The position numbers and the translations under genes are program-made. A stretch of DNA of 64,000 nt from Pecten maximus (lineage: Eukaryota), in assembly GCF_902652985.1 (NCBI RefSeq), contig NC_047021.1:38874001-38938000 (forward strand), in the 5' to 3' direction. This document shows positions 39,744 to 53,689 of the stretch, piece by piece (the first letter of the stretch is position 1; each line of letters opens with the position of its first letter). Below the pieces are notes generated by a model. That model did no database searches and was not told where the DNA came from. It saw only the letters and a program-made list of their open reading frames with translations.

Positions 39744-42700
39744 CAAGAACATGGCACTTACAACTGTACACAATTGTTTGCCTCCCCTTGTAGAAACTTT
39801 GAAAAATATCAAACAAGGGCAATAACTCTAGACAGAATGAGGCGCAAATTTAAGATCTGATGCAGGCATAAGTGAAACTGTTCCAGGTGACAAAACATTA
39901 GGGTAAAAAAAATCAACGAAGAGGTACATAATTCTTCGTACAATAAAAAGACATATAAGAAAAGCTGATTTCAGTGAATAACTTAAAAAATAATGGTATT
40001 CTAAAATTATACTTTTTATTATGTGAAATTTAACTTATTCAGGTGAAAAAATAGCAAAGGGACATAACTCTACACAGAAAAAGGCATACTTAACCTAATT
40101 TCAGTATGCAAAACGTATACTCGCATAATATGAAATTCAACTAAGGTAGGTGATGACTTATAGAGTATGAACATGTCAGGGAGAAATTTCAAGTTCAAGG
40201 TAGGAAATAACATTTATGAATGAAATAATGAATTCTTTTCATTCTCAACTGGTAGTATTTGTGTGTGGGGTGGGGGTGGGTGGTGACTAGGATTTTAAAC
40301 ATGTATTACAGAGACTTACAGTCTACAAAATCAAGATCAGATCCCTATGGTGGGCATATATATCAGATCTTTACAAACAAGATGGTCCTTGAAACGTCAC
40401 TGCGAAGAGGCGAGAAGAGGAAGTTGTTCCCTCCGAGGTGTTGAGGTTTCTGTAGCCAGTACAACACTTTCCACTCTGGTTTTTTGTCAGTGGCATGTGA
40501 CCGAGGAAACAAATGACACAGAAGTGTTATTGCCTCCCCGACAACATGGCGTCAGGTCTCCGAGAGTCCTGGTAACGGCCCTAACAGGAATCCGTATCCC
40601 TCGACTACCAGTGGTTAAAACTCCTCTTATTGATTTCTATGACCATCCAAAGGAAAAAAAACACATCAACATCTATAAGTATGCAAACCGACTATCTGGT
40701 GAATCAGTGAAGGAATGTCCACGGACATATCATCGTGTAAAGGATAGCAGTCAACTGTTGGACTGCTTTATGGCCAGCATAGACATCCACTTGAAGTATT
40801 AGCTTAGGCAGTATGACGGCCTATTTGCCTCCGGAACTAATTCACCGGGCATGGCCATAAATGAAATAAATTCTGCTTCTTTTCATTCTACTAGTCAAGA
40901 AATTTAGTTCCATATTTCATACACATTATTTTAGTTATTTTAATCAATCATAATTTTCAATAGATTTTATGGGTTTTTTTATGATGCAAATTAATATTAC
41001 ATTTCAAATACATCAGAAGATCTTTTGATGTCTTTTCATAATTATCTAATAATGTATCATAAATACATCTGTATTATGATAAATATATTTCCCCTATACT
41101 AACCTGTATACTATAACTATCCTGTCTGAGAAATATATCAAAAACATCCTACTCTCCAAAAAAAATTTTGCAATTGCAGAATAATTAATTTTTGGTCATG
41201 TGGGTTTTTTTCATAACCAACTTTTTCTGCGTTTTTTTTTTTTTTAATATAATCTGACCTTAAAACATCAGAACATGATGCAATATGGATTTTTTTTCTA
41301 AATCGTTCCATTAAAAATCGTTCCTGCCAGTTGAATTTAGCCACCGTTAAACTGACTTGATAATTAAGGTCCACTGACCGAAGACCTTTGCCAGTACCTG
41401 CACTTAACACCATTAATACACCTAAAGATTGGCCTTGAATCACGAACGGACACATCAATGATGCCGTTTGCTAGCAATATGGTGACATTCAAAACTGAAC
41501 CCTTCTTTAGGGCAATGACCGCAAAAAGATGTGTTAGCCTCATCGGAGATAAAATGCTTCGATAAGTGAGCCCCTTTGGAAATTACCTGCCATTATATTG
41601 CCGCACCATCCGACATTCATTGACCATACAAATCGTACCGACACACCCATCTATTCGGAGTGAATAAAACAACCGTAATGTTCCTCAAGCTGCTCTACAT
41701 TTTAATTTATTTAAACCACACACAACTCTGGGAGTAAATCATTTTCATATTATAACACTGCTATTTTAACATCCCGTTTAATGATCCTCGAATAATATTC
41801 ATCTTTTGATATTTGATCAGAGAAATATTATTTGCATTTAAGATTTATGATACAATTAAGATGAAAACTATCAAAATCTTCTGAAAGATCTATTCATTTA
41901 ATAAGTTAATATACTGAAAATTAAATACATTTGATACTGCTATGTTTTCATTTAGCATATAAACAAAACCTTCATAAGGACGGGTTTTTTTAATTGAAAG
42001 AAATTCACAAAAAACAGGTTATAAATTCACTTTTACCCCCAAATGTTCAGAAATAAATTCCGGGTACAAAATTAATTCTCATAATTTGTCAATAACTACT
42101 TCACTTTCCAAACCTGAAAATTAATCAAATATCATTTTCAGTGGTAGATCAATTTTATCTTTGAATGTTATTTTAATTTAAATGATAGCTGACATACTAT
42201 CATATACTACGACACTTCACAGAATTTCCTGGCTGGACTTTACACAGGTTTAATTCATGGTACAGTGATACACCCTTCTTTTCCCCTACAAAATCATCCA
42301 ATCTCTATAGAATTAACTTTTCAAAGACAAATTCATTTTTTCCAGACACATGTTTTTGACTTCATAAATGAAATTTATTACCTGGATTCAATTGAATGAA
42401 AATTAAAAAGTAATTTATGCATAAATTTTCTGATGCAAAAAACATGCCTGAAAATCAATACAAGAAATAAGGTAAAGTTCGGAAATAAAGTAATATAATC
42501 AATGTTCGGAAATAAAATTATCAGGCAAACCTGTAAATTTTACATCATGAATTCATTATACAGGTGTTTGCTGTCATTCAACCATGACGAGAACGAAAAT
42601 CTATTAAAGCCGAATAAATTACCAGGAAGCTTTTCTACAAAAAATTGTCCATTAAATTATTCATAATCTAGAAAATTTCTATAATAACATTAAAATTTGG

Positions 42701-45700
42701 TTTATCAAGAAAATCAAGTCCTGTATAAAATTAAAGATGACAGCAGCTTCATCTGCTTTTAAATGACTTGGATTTTTGACGGCAGCTCCCTTATATAATC
42801 AAACAATTTAGGTTTAACCAGTTTGATTGTAGTGATGCCCTGTGTGGTTGTTCGTATGTCCCAGCGGTAACGATTCCTGCACCTGATCTTAATTCAAACA
42901 CACGACATTTCAATTTTGTGCACGTGCCTTCCATTTCTCTATCAGCATATTTAAAATGAAAATTAAAATGAAAACAAGAAAATATTGTAGCTATAAGGGT
43001 TGGAGGCAAAAATGAATTATCCAAGATTCAAGATATCAAATTTTGTGGTAGAATTTACACAGTGTTCAATTCCTCTGCACGGAATCAAATTTTATTGTTC
43101 AAAACAGATTTCAGGATGACTATTGTTGCTTTGTTCAATAATGGTTTTATAAAATTCATGTTTTATAAATAGCTTTGCCAGCTAGAATTTCATAAAAGTC
43201 ATGTTACACATTAAATATATTGATGAATCTTATATCATGCTGAAAAAAAAATTCAAATTTCAGACAAAAAGTCTTTTGTTTTGTTTTACAATAGCTACCA
43301 AATTTTTCTTAAATAATGTAACAATTTATCAAACATTACCTGATATCAAAATTAAAATATGCCGGTATATTTTTACATCATTTAAAAATTCCTTCAAACA
43401 ATTAAATCACAAAGCAATGACTCTCATGTTCTGAAATTACTATTTTTAAAATATAGGTCAAGGTAGAAATTCTATACGCTTTAAAGACATTGGTGTGTGA
43501 TGTTAGCTATGGAACAAAAGAAAAGTTCCCAGACCCACGTTTTAGATAGCGGAGTAGCATTAACAGATTTTGAACAAAGGTGGTTAAGACAAGGTGAATG
43601 GGTCCAGACGAAACAAAGGTATGTGGCGGACGATGAGGTCAAAAACGACCAGTTTGAATGCAGAAAAAGCGCTCTGATTGGTCAATTTGAAGAACAATTA
43701 ATTTTTTTTTAAACTGAATATGACAGTACATGTTGAGACGGTCAGACCATGTATGCATTTTAAATCCCTCAACTATATATTGAGGTGTAATGCAAAACTT
43801 GTTAAAACCCTCTAATACCTGGTAACAAGCTAATAATAATACCTCTTTCTTACTTCAGTACTGTATGACAATGTTTCTCTCCGAAAACTTTAATTATACT
43901 CTTTTAGTCATGATAATGATCGCAGGGAACAGAAATAACAATGATGGACATGTACAAACCCTGTCTGTACATATCTCAACGACCGAATTTCTATTCTAAA
44001 TCGACCACACACAAGCTAATATAAAAATGCATCTATAGAACTTCTTAAAAATTCAAGAGGGAGCAAACAAAAATAAATATCAGAAATACCAAAAAAAAAA
44101 GATAAAAAGTTTACCCATGAAAAAAAAAAATCAGTTGCTTGCAAAATAATTTCTTAAAAATTAATTTGTACAAAATATGTTTTAGTCATACCTGGTAATC
44201 AAAACTGGAAATGGCAAATGTTATTGAAAAGATGTTAAATATATTTAACTCATATGATATTGACATTTATTTAAAGGAAAATGCCACCAATTTTAAAACT
44301 AATAAATGATTATGTAATAATCATATTTCAACAAAAAAGCACTTAACATTACAGAAATATATTTTTTTATCTCAAACTCTCTCTAAAATTAATTTATAAG
44401 TTTGCCATGAATTATTTGCTATCTTAACAAAACAAATTTTACTTTTGATAAATAAGGAACTTTAAGCCTTAGACTTTGAATTTTTCAATCAGATCAAATT
44501 GCATGAAATGTTGAATTATTGTTTCTTATTAATACTGACTTCAAACCTAAAACTCAAGTCTCTAACACTGAAGTACATTAATAGAGCATTATATTGAAAT
44601 ATCAACAGGTTTTGAAAAATTATCAACAAGAGAATTTTATATTTTTTTCTTCAAAAAAGTACAAATTAAATTAACAGGCTTAAAGATGACTTGTTCTTTT
44701 TTTTCATTAATTTCTTTTGTGCAGAAATATTTTTAGAAGATTTTTTGTCATCTTAAACATCAAAGTAACAAACACATTACACAAAGCAAGTTCTACAGTC
44801 GGGGAGTATTCCATACAGCCATCTGTCGTGGTGTGATACAATTAGTGTTAGCTTGAGGGTAGAGTATAGATACCTACTAGATAGAGGACGGGGCCATCTT
44901 CACCTTAACACAGATAAAGGTGAAGAGTGCCCCAGGATCATCACACAAGCTTCATTTGTATCAATGTAATTGGCGTTGATGTCGAGAAATTTTGTTGTAG
45001 TACTTCACAAATATGTTAGAAGTACGCATATTTATGTATATGTGTAGAGCATGGTTCACTTGTCAATCCATAAAAATTTAAAGGAATTTATATATAGATC
45101 AAATTTTAAGTGGTTTCTTCATAGATAGAATTTTAAGCATTATCGTCAAAAATAATTGACTTGAAAAATTTAATATCTATAGAATTTCAAAGGTATAGAA
45201 AATTCTCAAGCACACAATATTCAATCAAAATGGGTATCAAATTTTTAAACAACCATTTGAGAGTAAAAATATATGTGTATATACATGATTCTGTTTTAAA
45301 GAGCTTCCTGGCTTCTTTTTCAAACCATGTCACCTTTAAAAGTCACAACATACATATTGTCTGTCAGTGAAAACTGTTTTTATCTTCTTCAGAAGGCTGA
45401 TTTCAAAATTAACTTTTCTATTTAATTTTGCTACGAGAGATACTCGAAGGAAAATTATTTGGTTCTGATGTATCGTCTTTCCCCCGATTTTACCCCACCG
45501 GCTGACATTATGATAATATTATCTCTCTGATACAGTGGACTTCTCATACAATCCATTTCAGGAAACAATTCATTACAGCGTGGCAGCATTCATTAACTTT
45601 TAAGTGTATGACAAATACAGGCAACATATGCAAGATTCTGGTAAACACATAATCGACTTAAGTATTCCTCCAATCAGCAATCGATGTATACAGCAACAAA

Positions 45701-46859
45701 TGCTTACATCATTCTTTATAAAAGATGGCCGGTTGCACAAACAAAACATCCCAAAGTATAGATAATTATAGATATTCCTTTACGCAATTCTTAATCACAG
45801 ATGTTTATAAATAAGTTGAGTAAACAACAGTACAGGGTTGGAGTCACTGGACCGTGACTCTGCAGCCATTAAGGTACAGTGGCTGTGCAATACCTGGATT
45901 CTATGTATGTTTCCGCTTGAATGAACATAATTCCTGAACGACTCAAGTAATACATACTTATGAGGTATAATACTAATATACATACCAGATCTATTGATCT
46001 ATGTTCCAGTAAAACAGCAGGACGTCTTCAGAACTGTACTACAGGGCAACTCCGAAACTCTACACGCTCCGGCAGAACATCTCCATATTTGGGATAGCCT
46101 GCCATATCGTAATCATGCACCTTCTTGATGGTTATAAATACATTAACATTAATATTGGCATAAAGACTGGCCGAGTATTGCACGCGTGAGGTGAGCTACA
46201 GAAACTACACAGGTCGTCGTAGTACTTGCCAGTGGGGCGTAGGTACATGTACGATAGTACTACTACTACACAGTGGGGCGTATGTATATGTACGGCTCTG
46301 ATCGATCACCCCGCGACGTACTACCGCGTGGCTCCCGATCCCTATCCTGGGACGGTCGGAGGGTATTGACGACTCTTTTGTTCCAACGGTAATTTTATGT
46401 CATGTTCCTCTATTGTAAAGCTCAATTGGCCGACCAACAAAAGTCTTGTACAAAGAGAACTATTCATAAGTCCTTTAACAACTATACACAGTTGTCCCAC
46501 CACACTCGGCTTGTACACCGTATTTAAACAAGAACAACCCTAGCATGAGTGTAACCTATTTAGCTTGGAGAATCCCAAGTCGACCTCTTGCCTGTTGCGG
46601 GTATATGAAAACTATCTGCCATACAAGCATCTGATACTATTGTCCTTGCGGTTTGCAAATAAGACCTACTCAATAGTAGGACCTTCTCGTTGTTTGTGTG
46701 TACAGCGATTGGATCTCTCGGACACGGTTCAATACCCACCTACCTTAGATCACCTGGCTTCCCATTCAAGCGCAGTCTTGTTTCACACAATTGTTTTTTT
46801 TCTTTCTTTAGCGTTAGACAATTTTTTTAACATGGGTAAGTCTATTGATTTCTTAATAA

Positions 46860-47570
46860 CAGCTGACTCATAATCAAGGTATTTCTATTTTTCACTGTGA
46901 AATTTTTCCATAAATAATTTCTGGATTTTGACCTAGTAACAATTGTTGACCCTCATTACTTCGCCAATTACCGTAAGCTAGAAAAGAGCGAATTTTTACA
47001 GAATATAATGTACCAGAACTTGATATCATAAGCGATCCACCGTTCCCAGTCTTAAGTATTAGCCTTTTAATTCGCAAAATAAAGTTCCTGAGACCTATAT
47101 TACCTTCGCCAGAACTAGACAAACCAGTAAACAGATAAACATATTGCTTGTAGAAATTAACGTATCAACTTTCACCATATTCAAACGAGCGTGTTTTTTT
47201 CGTCATATTAGACCTCAGAATTTTATGCGTATTATTTGCTTGAAGATATTATCATATGCTACCTTTGACCCCAAGAAAGTCCCTCCCCATTTGTATGCCA
47301 TTAATATGACTTGGGACCTACACAAGTATAAACATCTAATTAACCCGGAGTAAAATCAATATACATTTATGATCTGCCTCAAACTGACGGTGAAAAGAAA
47401 TTTTTGCCGGAGAGGTTTATGCATGACTAGAGGTTCAGTGAACCGGTCCCAAGCTTTAAAATCAACTAGCGGTGTATAACGATAAAGTGCTTTCTGATAC
47501 ACATTCGGATGCAAATGAAGGTTGCTGGGATGTTGATAACCTATAAAAAAGGCCAGGTTCAACTAATAGT
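46860..47570 (-). pseudogene. Highly decayed non-LTR retrotransposon (L1/Tx1-like) ORF2 fragment
   Basis: Minus-strand peptides in the expected order: LVDFKAWDRF (RT DFxKAFD motif), FLGV (YLG motif), RIKRLILKTGNGGSLM (GGLG-like motif); many stops, frameshifts and deletions. Confidence 0.45.
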
Positions 47571-47879
47571 GATTGTTTAATTAGGAGTGAAAAGTCATTT
47601 AAGGCCCTACAGAGGATATTTCAGGCAGACGTAGAAACAGGAAAAGTACATTATAAAACAAGGTTAAAGTGGGTATGTGACCAGGAATACAGAATAAGAC
47701 ACTCCAAACTTTATTCCAGATGACAAAGTGAGGATATCGACTCTATTACTTATCTGTGTTTGGTCCTGCGTGGGTACACTTATGTGTATTTTTCTCAACT
47801 CCAGGGAGAATACACATCAAACCTTATCACTATATATAGCTATAGGTATATATAATTCATGTTGTGCTCATTTTGGCCG

Positions 47880-48872
47880 AGGGCGATTGTACAATACAAG
47901 TCCTAGGGCGATTGTACAATACTTATTTTGACAGTCCTAGAGTGATTGTACAATACCAGTTTTGACAGTCCTAGGGAGATTGTACAATACCAATTTTGAC
48001 AGTCCTAGAGTGATTGTACAATACAAGTCCTAGGGAGATTGTACAATACCAATTTTGACAGTCCCAGGGAGATTGTACAATACCAATTTTGACAGTCCCA
48101 GGGCGATTGTACAATACTTATTTTGACAGTCCTAGGGCGATTGTACAATACCAATTTTGACAGTCCTAGGGCGATTGTACAATACCAATTTTGACAGTCC
48201 TAGGGCGATTGTACAATACCAATTTTGACAGTCCTAGGGCGATTGTACAATACCAATTTTGACAGTCCTAGGGCGATTGTACAATACCAATTTTGACAGT
48301 CCTAGGGCGATTGTACAATACCAATTTTGACAGTCCTAGAGTGATTGTACAATACCAATTTTGACAGTCCTAGGGCGATTGTACAATATCAATTTTGACA
48401 GTCCTAGAGTGATTGTACAATACCAATTTTGACAGTCCTAGGGCGATTGTACAATACCAATTTTGACAGTCCTAGGGCGATTGTACAATACCAATTTTGA
48501 CAGTCCTAGGGCGATTGTACAATACCAATTTTGACAGTCCCAGGGCGATTGTACAATACCTATTTTGACAGTCCTAGAGTGATTGTGCAATACCAATTTT
48601 GACAGTCCTAGGGCGATTGTACAATACCAATTTTGACAGTCCTAGAGTGATTGTACAATACCAATTTTGACAGTCCTAGGGAGATTGTACAATACCAATT
48701 TTGACAGTCCTAGAGTGATTGTACAATACTTATTTTGACAGTCCTAGGGCGATTGTACAATACCAATTTTGACAGTCCTATAAGGAGATTGTACAATACC
48801 AATTTTGACAGTCCCAGGGCGATTGTACAATACCTATTTTGACAGTCCTAGGGCGATTGTAAAATACCAATG
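47880..48872. repeat. 34-bp minisatellite GATTGTACAATACCAATTTTGACAGTCCTAGGGC
   Basis: About 29 units. Confidence 0.95.
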
Positions 48873-48904
48873 TGACGGTCAAGGGGTGATCCATTTAACA
48901 GTCT

Positions 48905-49268
48905 TAAGGTGATTATATTCACCCATTTTGACAGTCCAGTGAGATCGATCACCCATTTTGACAGTCCAGTGAGATCGATCACCCATTTTGACAGTCCAGG
49001 GAGATCGATCACCCATTTTGACAGTCCAGAGAGATCGATCACCCATTTTGACAGTCCAGGGAGATCGATCACCCATTTTGACAGTCCAGGGAGATCGATC
49101 AGCCATTTTGACAGCCCAGGGAGATCGATCACCCATTTTGACAGTCCAGGGAGATCGATCACCCATTTTGACAGTCCAGGGAGATCGATCACCCATTTTG
49201 ACAGTCCAGGGAGATCGATCACCCAATTTGACAGTCCAGGGAGATCGATCACCCAATTTGACAGTCCT
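48905..49268. repeat. 30-bp minisatellite GATCGATCACCCATTTTGACAGTCCAGGGA
   Basis: About 12 units; shares ATTTTGACAGTCC with the adjacent array. Confidence 0.95.
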
Positions 49269-52139
49269 AAGGTCTACCTTTTTAGTACCTGTCTAAATAT
49301 CTGACTGTTCTAGAAATCATGTACACAATTATCTAATTATAATTAACACTTAAACAATTAGAGATCACATTGCCAAGTCATTTTTATCAAACTGTCCAGC
49401 CATTTTTACAGTATGTTGATTAAAAGACATCAAGTCATTTTGACAATGCTATATTAAAACAGCATTTCCTTGCTTTCCTGTTCTCAAAAACAAACTTCTC
49501 TAAATGATACAGGGTAATAATATTAAATCATCTGAGAAAGGCTAATTTCTGGTCTTTTTAACCCTCTCTACAGATTCCTCATGAGAAGATCATCAAGGAG
49601 ACTAATTTCATCAGCTCCCCCATAAACAGTGGCAGCCATACCAGAGAGATTGACCTCTTAGAAAAACATACTTGAGACTAAGAGCTGTCATGATCAGCTT
49701 CCATTCAGAGCTTGTTTTTAGGATCTCCATGAGTCATTGTATATGTGTGTATCTATTTTCATACATATTTTATATCACTACATCCATATTAGAAGACTGT
49801 TTTGTAGCAAGAGTGAAACATATTTTTTCCATCAAATTATAATCTACAAACATGCTTTTCCAGACACCAGAGCCAACAGACATTTTTTTACAAATATGGT
49901 TAAAAGGGACACCTAGAAAAACTTAACTCCAGTGTGCAAACTATCAAATATACTTGAAATGTATGATACAGGTTTAGACCTTTGCAGATGATGGTCTCTT
50001 CACAAATGCAACATTATTTGACCTTGACATAAATATGACCTTGATATATGTCAAGTAATGACCTTGACATTCACAAAATGAATTACAGCTATTTAACTTA
50101 CTAGATTATGACAATGCAAAATATATAGCAGGCCTCTACATTTTGCTCATAATTTCATTGTTTTCAGAAGATATAAAGAACATGCACCTTGTCTTTCAGT
50201 ATGCTAATTTATAACATAATTAATTCAAATGCTAATATAAATCAATATTTTTCACTAATCAAACAAAATCATTGGGAGGTGTAAATCTGCATTTTAATAC
50301 AGATGATCTCAAAATTGCTGAATTTAGTCTGAACACTTGTTATAACATATTCTAATGTAGGTGAGCATTAGCAATTAAAATTACAGACACATATATATTA
50401 AAACCTAATAAATTCAAATGGTATTTCAATCCTTAGAATCAAGATTTTCATACTTACATAATCTGGAGTTTGTCTGCAAATTATTTGAAAAATTTCTCCT
50501 CATGTAGCAATAATCATCCTCCCTCCACCAGAAATTGTTCATTAAATCATTTTTTTCTCTCTCTCTTCAAACTGGACATGTTCTACAAGGTCAAGCTCTG
50601 ACGTCCACTGTTACAACTTGAACCTAACCTACTGGTCAAGTATATTTAGTCAGAGAGTACCTAATCCTCAGCTGAATGTCCACAGGGTGGGGCCCAGTTT
50701 CAGGGTACATATTTGTGCGTAGAGAACAGACGATATCCGCAAGTGTCTGCTTAGGACCTCCAGGACTGAACTACAAAGTTCAGGCAAAGATGTTTCTTTT
50801 TTCATGTCACAAAAAAAAATCAATGATCATGCATACGGCCTCTTTACAACCTTATGATGTGAAATCAGATCTATGCATACTGCAAGCTCAATAACCCTAT
50901 AGATTCCTCTAACATGTTTTTGGCGGTAAAATTAATCCTGATCCAAATTTGGCCACAAAGACTTTTGTTAAACTAATTCCTTCTATTTTCACAGAGTTTG
51001 TATATATACTGAAGCTTTCAATAAGAGATGAAAACTTCCCTTTACAAAAACAAATAATCCCACAGGCTATTTTACGATCAAACAAATACCTTTACTATCG
51101 GGGTGTTGGGTCAGCTGACCACTGTCCAGCCCTCAACACTTACTCAATTGAGTGTAGTGTTGATACAATAGATCTATACCGTAACTGTCCACAACGATCC
51201 GATAGCTCTCAATTTACACTGTATCACCTTTCTATCTCTGTCAGCAGGTCACCAAATTAACCAACAAAGTTTTGTATTGTCTGCAGATTGACTGAACAAA
51301 TGAATCAGTTTAATTTATTTTGCCTTTAATGATCATTTATAAGCAAAACCGAAATAGACAAGCAGAAGAAGTAACTTGAATTCTGTTCCTTTTTTTCTTT
51401 TTCTTTTTAATTGGATTTTATTGTAATTTTTTTCTTTTGTTTTTATTTTTATTTTTAATATTTGTTTTCAAGTCTTTCATATTTCAAAATTGAAAATAAT
51501 ATTTAATTTTCATTGTAGAGAAATCTTGCCTAAATTGAACAAGAGAAACCATAAATGGAATTGTTTTTTATTCAGGTATTCAAAAACCCTAATATACAAG
51601 TCATAATTCGCACAGAATTTCACACATGATGTAGTCATCTGGTAAAAATATATAAATTTCTACATAAACTCAAAGCAAAATTCCTTTTACAATGAAAAGT
51701 TTTCAAGCTCAATTTTTTTTTCATGATACAATTTTTTTTACAATTTACCGTACAATACCAGTTGAGCTGGTTGTATGAAATACAGGACCTGGTGAACGAC
51801 ACATTACAATGCTGTAAGCCTCTTTTCTAATCCGTCTATTAAACACTTATTTCTCAGCCTAATTCCAATTTCTGTGTTCACAAAGGTTGATTTTTGATAA
51901 AAGACACCAGTGCTGGAGATTATACTCTACCTGTCTTCACACGAAACTGAATGAAAACAAAGAAACGCTGGCCTATTGTAGTTGACAGCTACAATGGGTG
52001 ATCAGTATAATGACGGTATTATCTGATTTCAATTAACTGGAGTCAATAAACACCAACACTTGGTCGTAAACGGTGGACGTAAGATCATGGAATGTTGTCA
52101 AATTTGTCTTAAAAAGAAAATAAGCTTATGCCCTCAGTG

Positions 52140-52505
52140 TTTGATGATGAGAAATGAAGAACTCCTATACCAATTTAACCCCTCCACACTCACCCATTTC
52201 TCATAAAGATTTAATGATGAGAAATGAATCCTCCCCTCTCCCAAAGATTTAATGATAAATTCCTGGACCAAATCAACACCTCCTATCCCCCAACCCTTTA
52301 TCCAGAAGATTCAATGTTCAATGATAAGAAATGAGGAACCCTCCCCTCCCCCAGATTTAATGATGAGAAATGAGAAAGTCTAGACCAAATTAACCCCCTC
52401 ATATCCCCTTCTTCCCCCCCCCCCCCCCCCCCCCTCAAAGATTTAGTGATGAGATATGAGAGACTCAATTAACCCCTGCCATCCCCCCCCCCCCCCCCCC
52501 CCCTC
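52140..52505. repeat. Degenerate repeat (GATTTAATGATGAGAAATGA + C-rich spacer) with two C21 tracts
   Basis: About 5-6 units; poly-C at 52414-52434 and 52483-52503. Confidence 0.8.
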
Positions 52506-52763
52506 CTTTCTCCCAAACTCCAAGTCTAACCCCCCTCGCACATAAACTTGTTGTTAAGATATTTAACTTCTACCTCTCACCCAAACTCATTTTATGTAAA
52601 TTTAATTTAGTAAAAAGATTTAATTTAGAAAAATTAAAGTCTGCAGTTTGTGTTTTAATCTCACATATGAAATCTTTTTACGTTCTTCTAACTTTCAGTA
52701 TTTTCTCTGCAATTTTCAACGTTTGCTATGAAATTTGTTTTGCACTGAAATAAACCTTAATAG

Positions 52764-53000
52764 GACAAGAGGCCCAATGATCCTGTATGGCTCACCTTCT
52801 TCTAATGCAAACTTTGTCATTTATGCAAATTTTGTAGTCCTTCATTCAAGCATACTGGCAACAGGTGTCTCGTGATTACATTGTTGAAAGATTGAAAAGT
52901 CATCATTTCATTTCAAGATGTTAACACATTTGACAAGCATTTTGTAGTAAACTGAGCCGGTCATATGAATATTTTAAAATGCTTGTGAAGTTTTATTAAA
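52764..53000. mobile_element. HINE-like terminal fragment
   Basis: ACAAGAGGCCCAA...GCTCACCT terminal signature; right boundary uncertain. Confidence 0.4.
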
Positions 53001-53689
53001 ACCATCAGCCAACTTGATAATTTCAATTTTTTTGTATCATAAAATAACCCAAAATACAACATTTAATTATCTCAACTACAAATCTAAATCATGATGTTTA
53101 AATAACATATCTAAATACATGATGGTGTTTAAATTTAGTTTAGTGAAGAGGATCTTTTAGAGTCAATTAATGTTAAATAGCAAATCATAAAAAAATGGTA
53201 TTTGATTCTGTGTACACTTTAATAAACATATCCATTAGAGTTTGTTTACATTTCTTGAATTTCATATACTTGGTATTAATCATGTACTCGTACCTATATC
53301 TTGAGTATGAACTGAAGTAAAATTGCTTTAAATTATCATAGCAAAAAATCTGGAAATTCCTTCACAGTGAACTACTCCGGAATACATCTTATTTTCGACA
53401 GACATTTTACGATATTTAATGAATCATAATTTATTACAATATGCATTGAAAATATTGATCACACCAGAAAGATGATATGGGTTGAGAGATATCTAATAAT
53501 TTATGGAAATCTATACACCAGAGTAAGACTGCAGCCATGCCCTACTAATGTCGACCCTGGCCGATGAACCTGTTGTCTTTACACAGAACCTTACTGCTAA
53601 CTGTCCTCTAGTTCAAATTAATGAATGCTTCCTAGAAATAAGACATTCCAAATTCATCTAGAGTGTTTCCTAGTACGAACATGGCATCT

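Noticed and set aside
40347-40802. 151-aa plus-strand ORF in a GC-richer island
   Set aside because: No recognisable protein features or splice context; more likely non-coding
44192-44204. 13-nt candidate microexon (ttccag|TTTTGATTACCAG|gtatga), phase-compatible with exon 34849-34894
   Set aside because: An equally good 16-nt candidate exists near 50459-50474; such matches are expected by chance in 29 kb
47880-49304. CRISPR-like regular repeats and periodic ORFs (IDLPGLSKWV, THFDSPGRSI)
   Set aside because: No unique spacers, no cas genes, eukaryotic context; the ORFs arise from a stop-free 30-bp unit open in several frames
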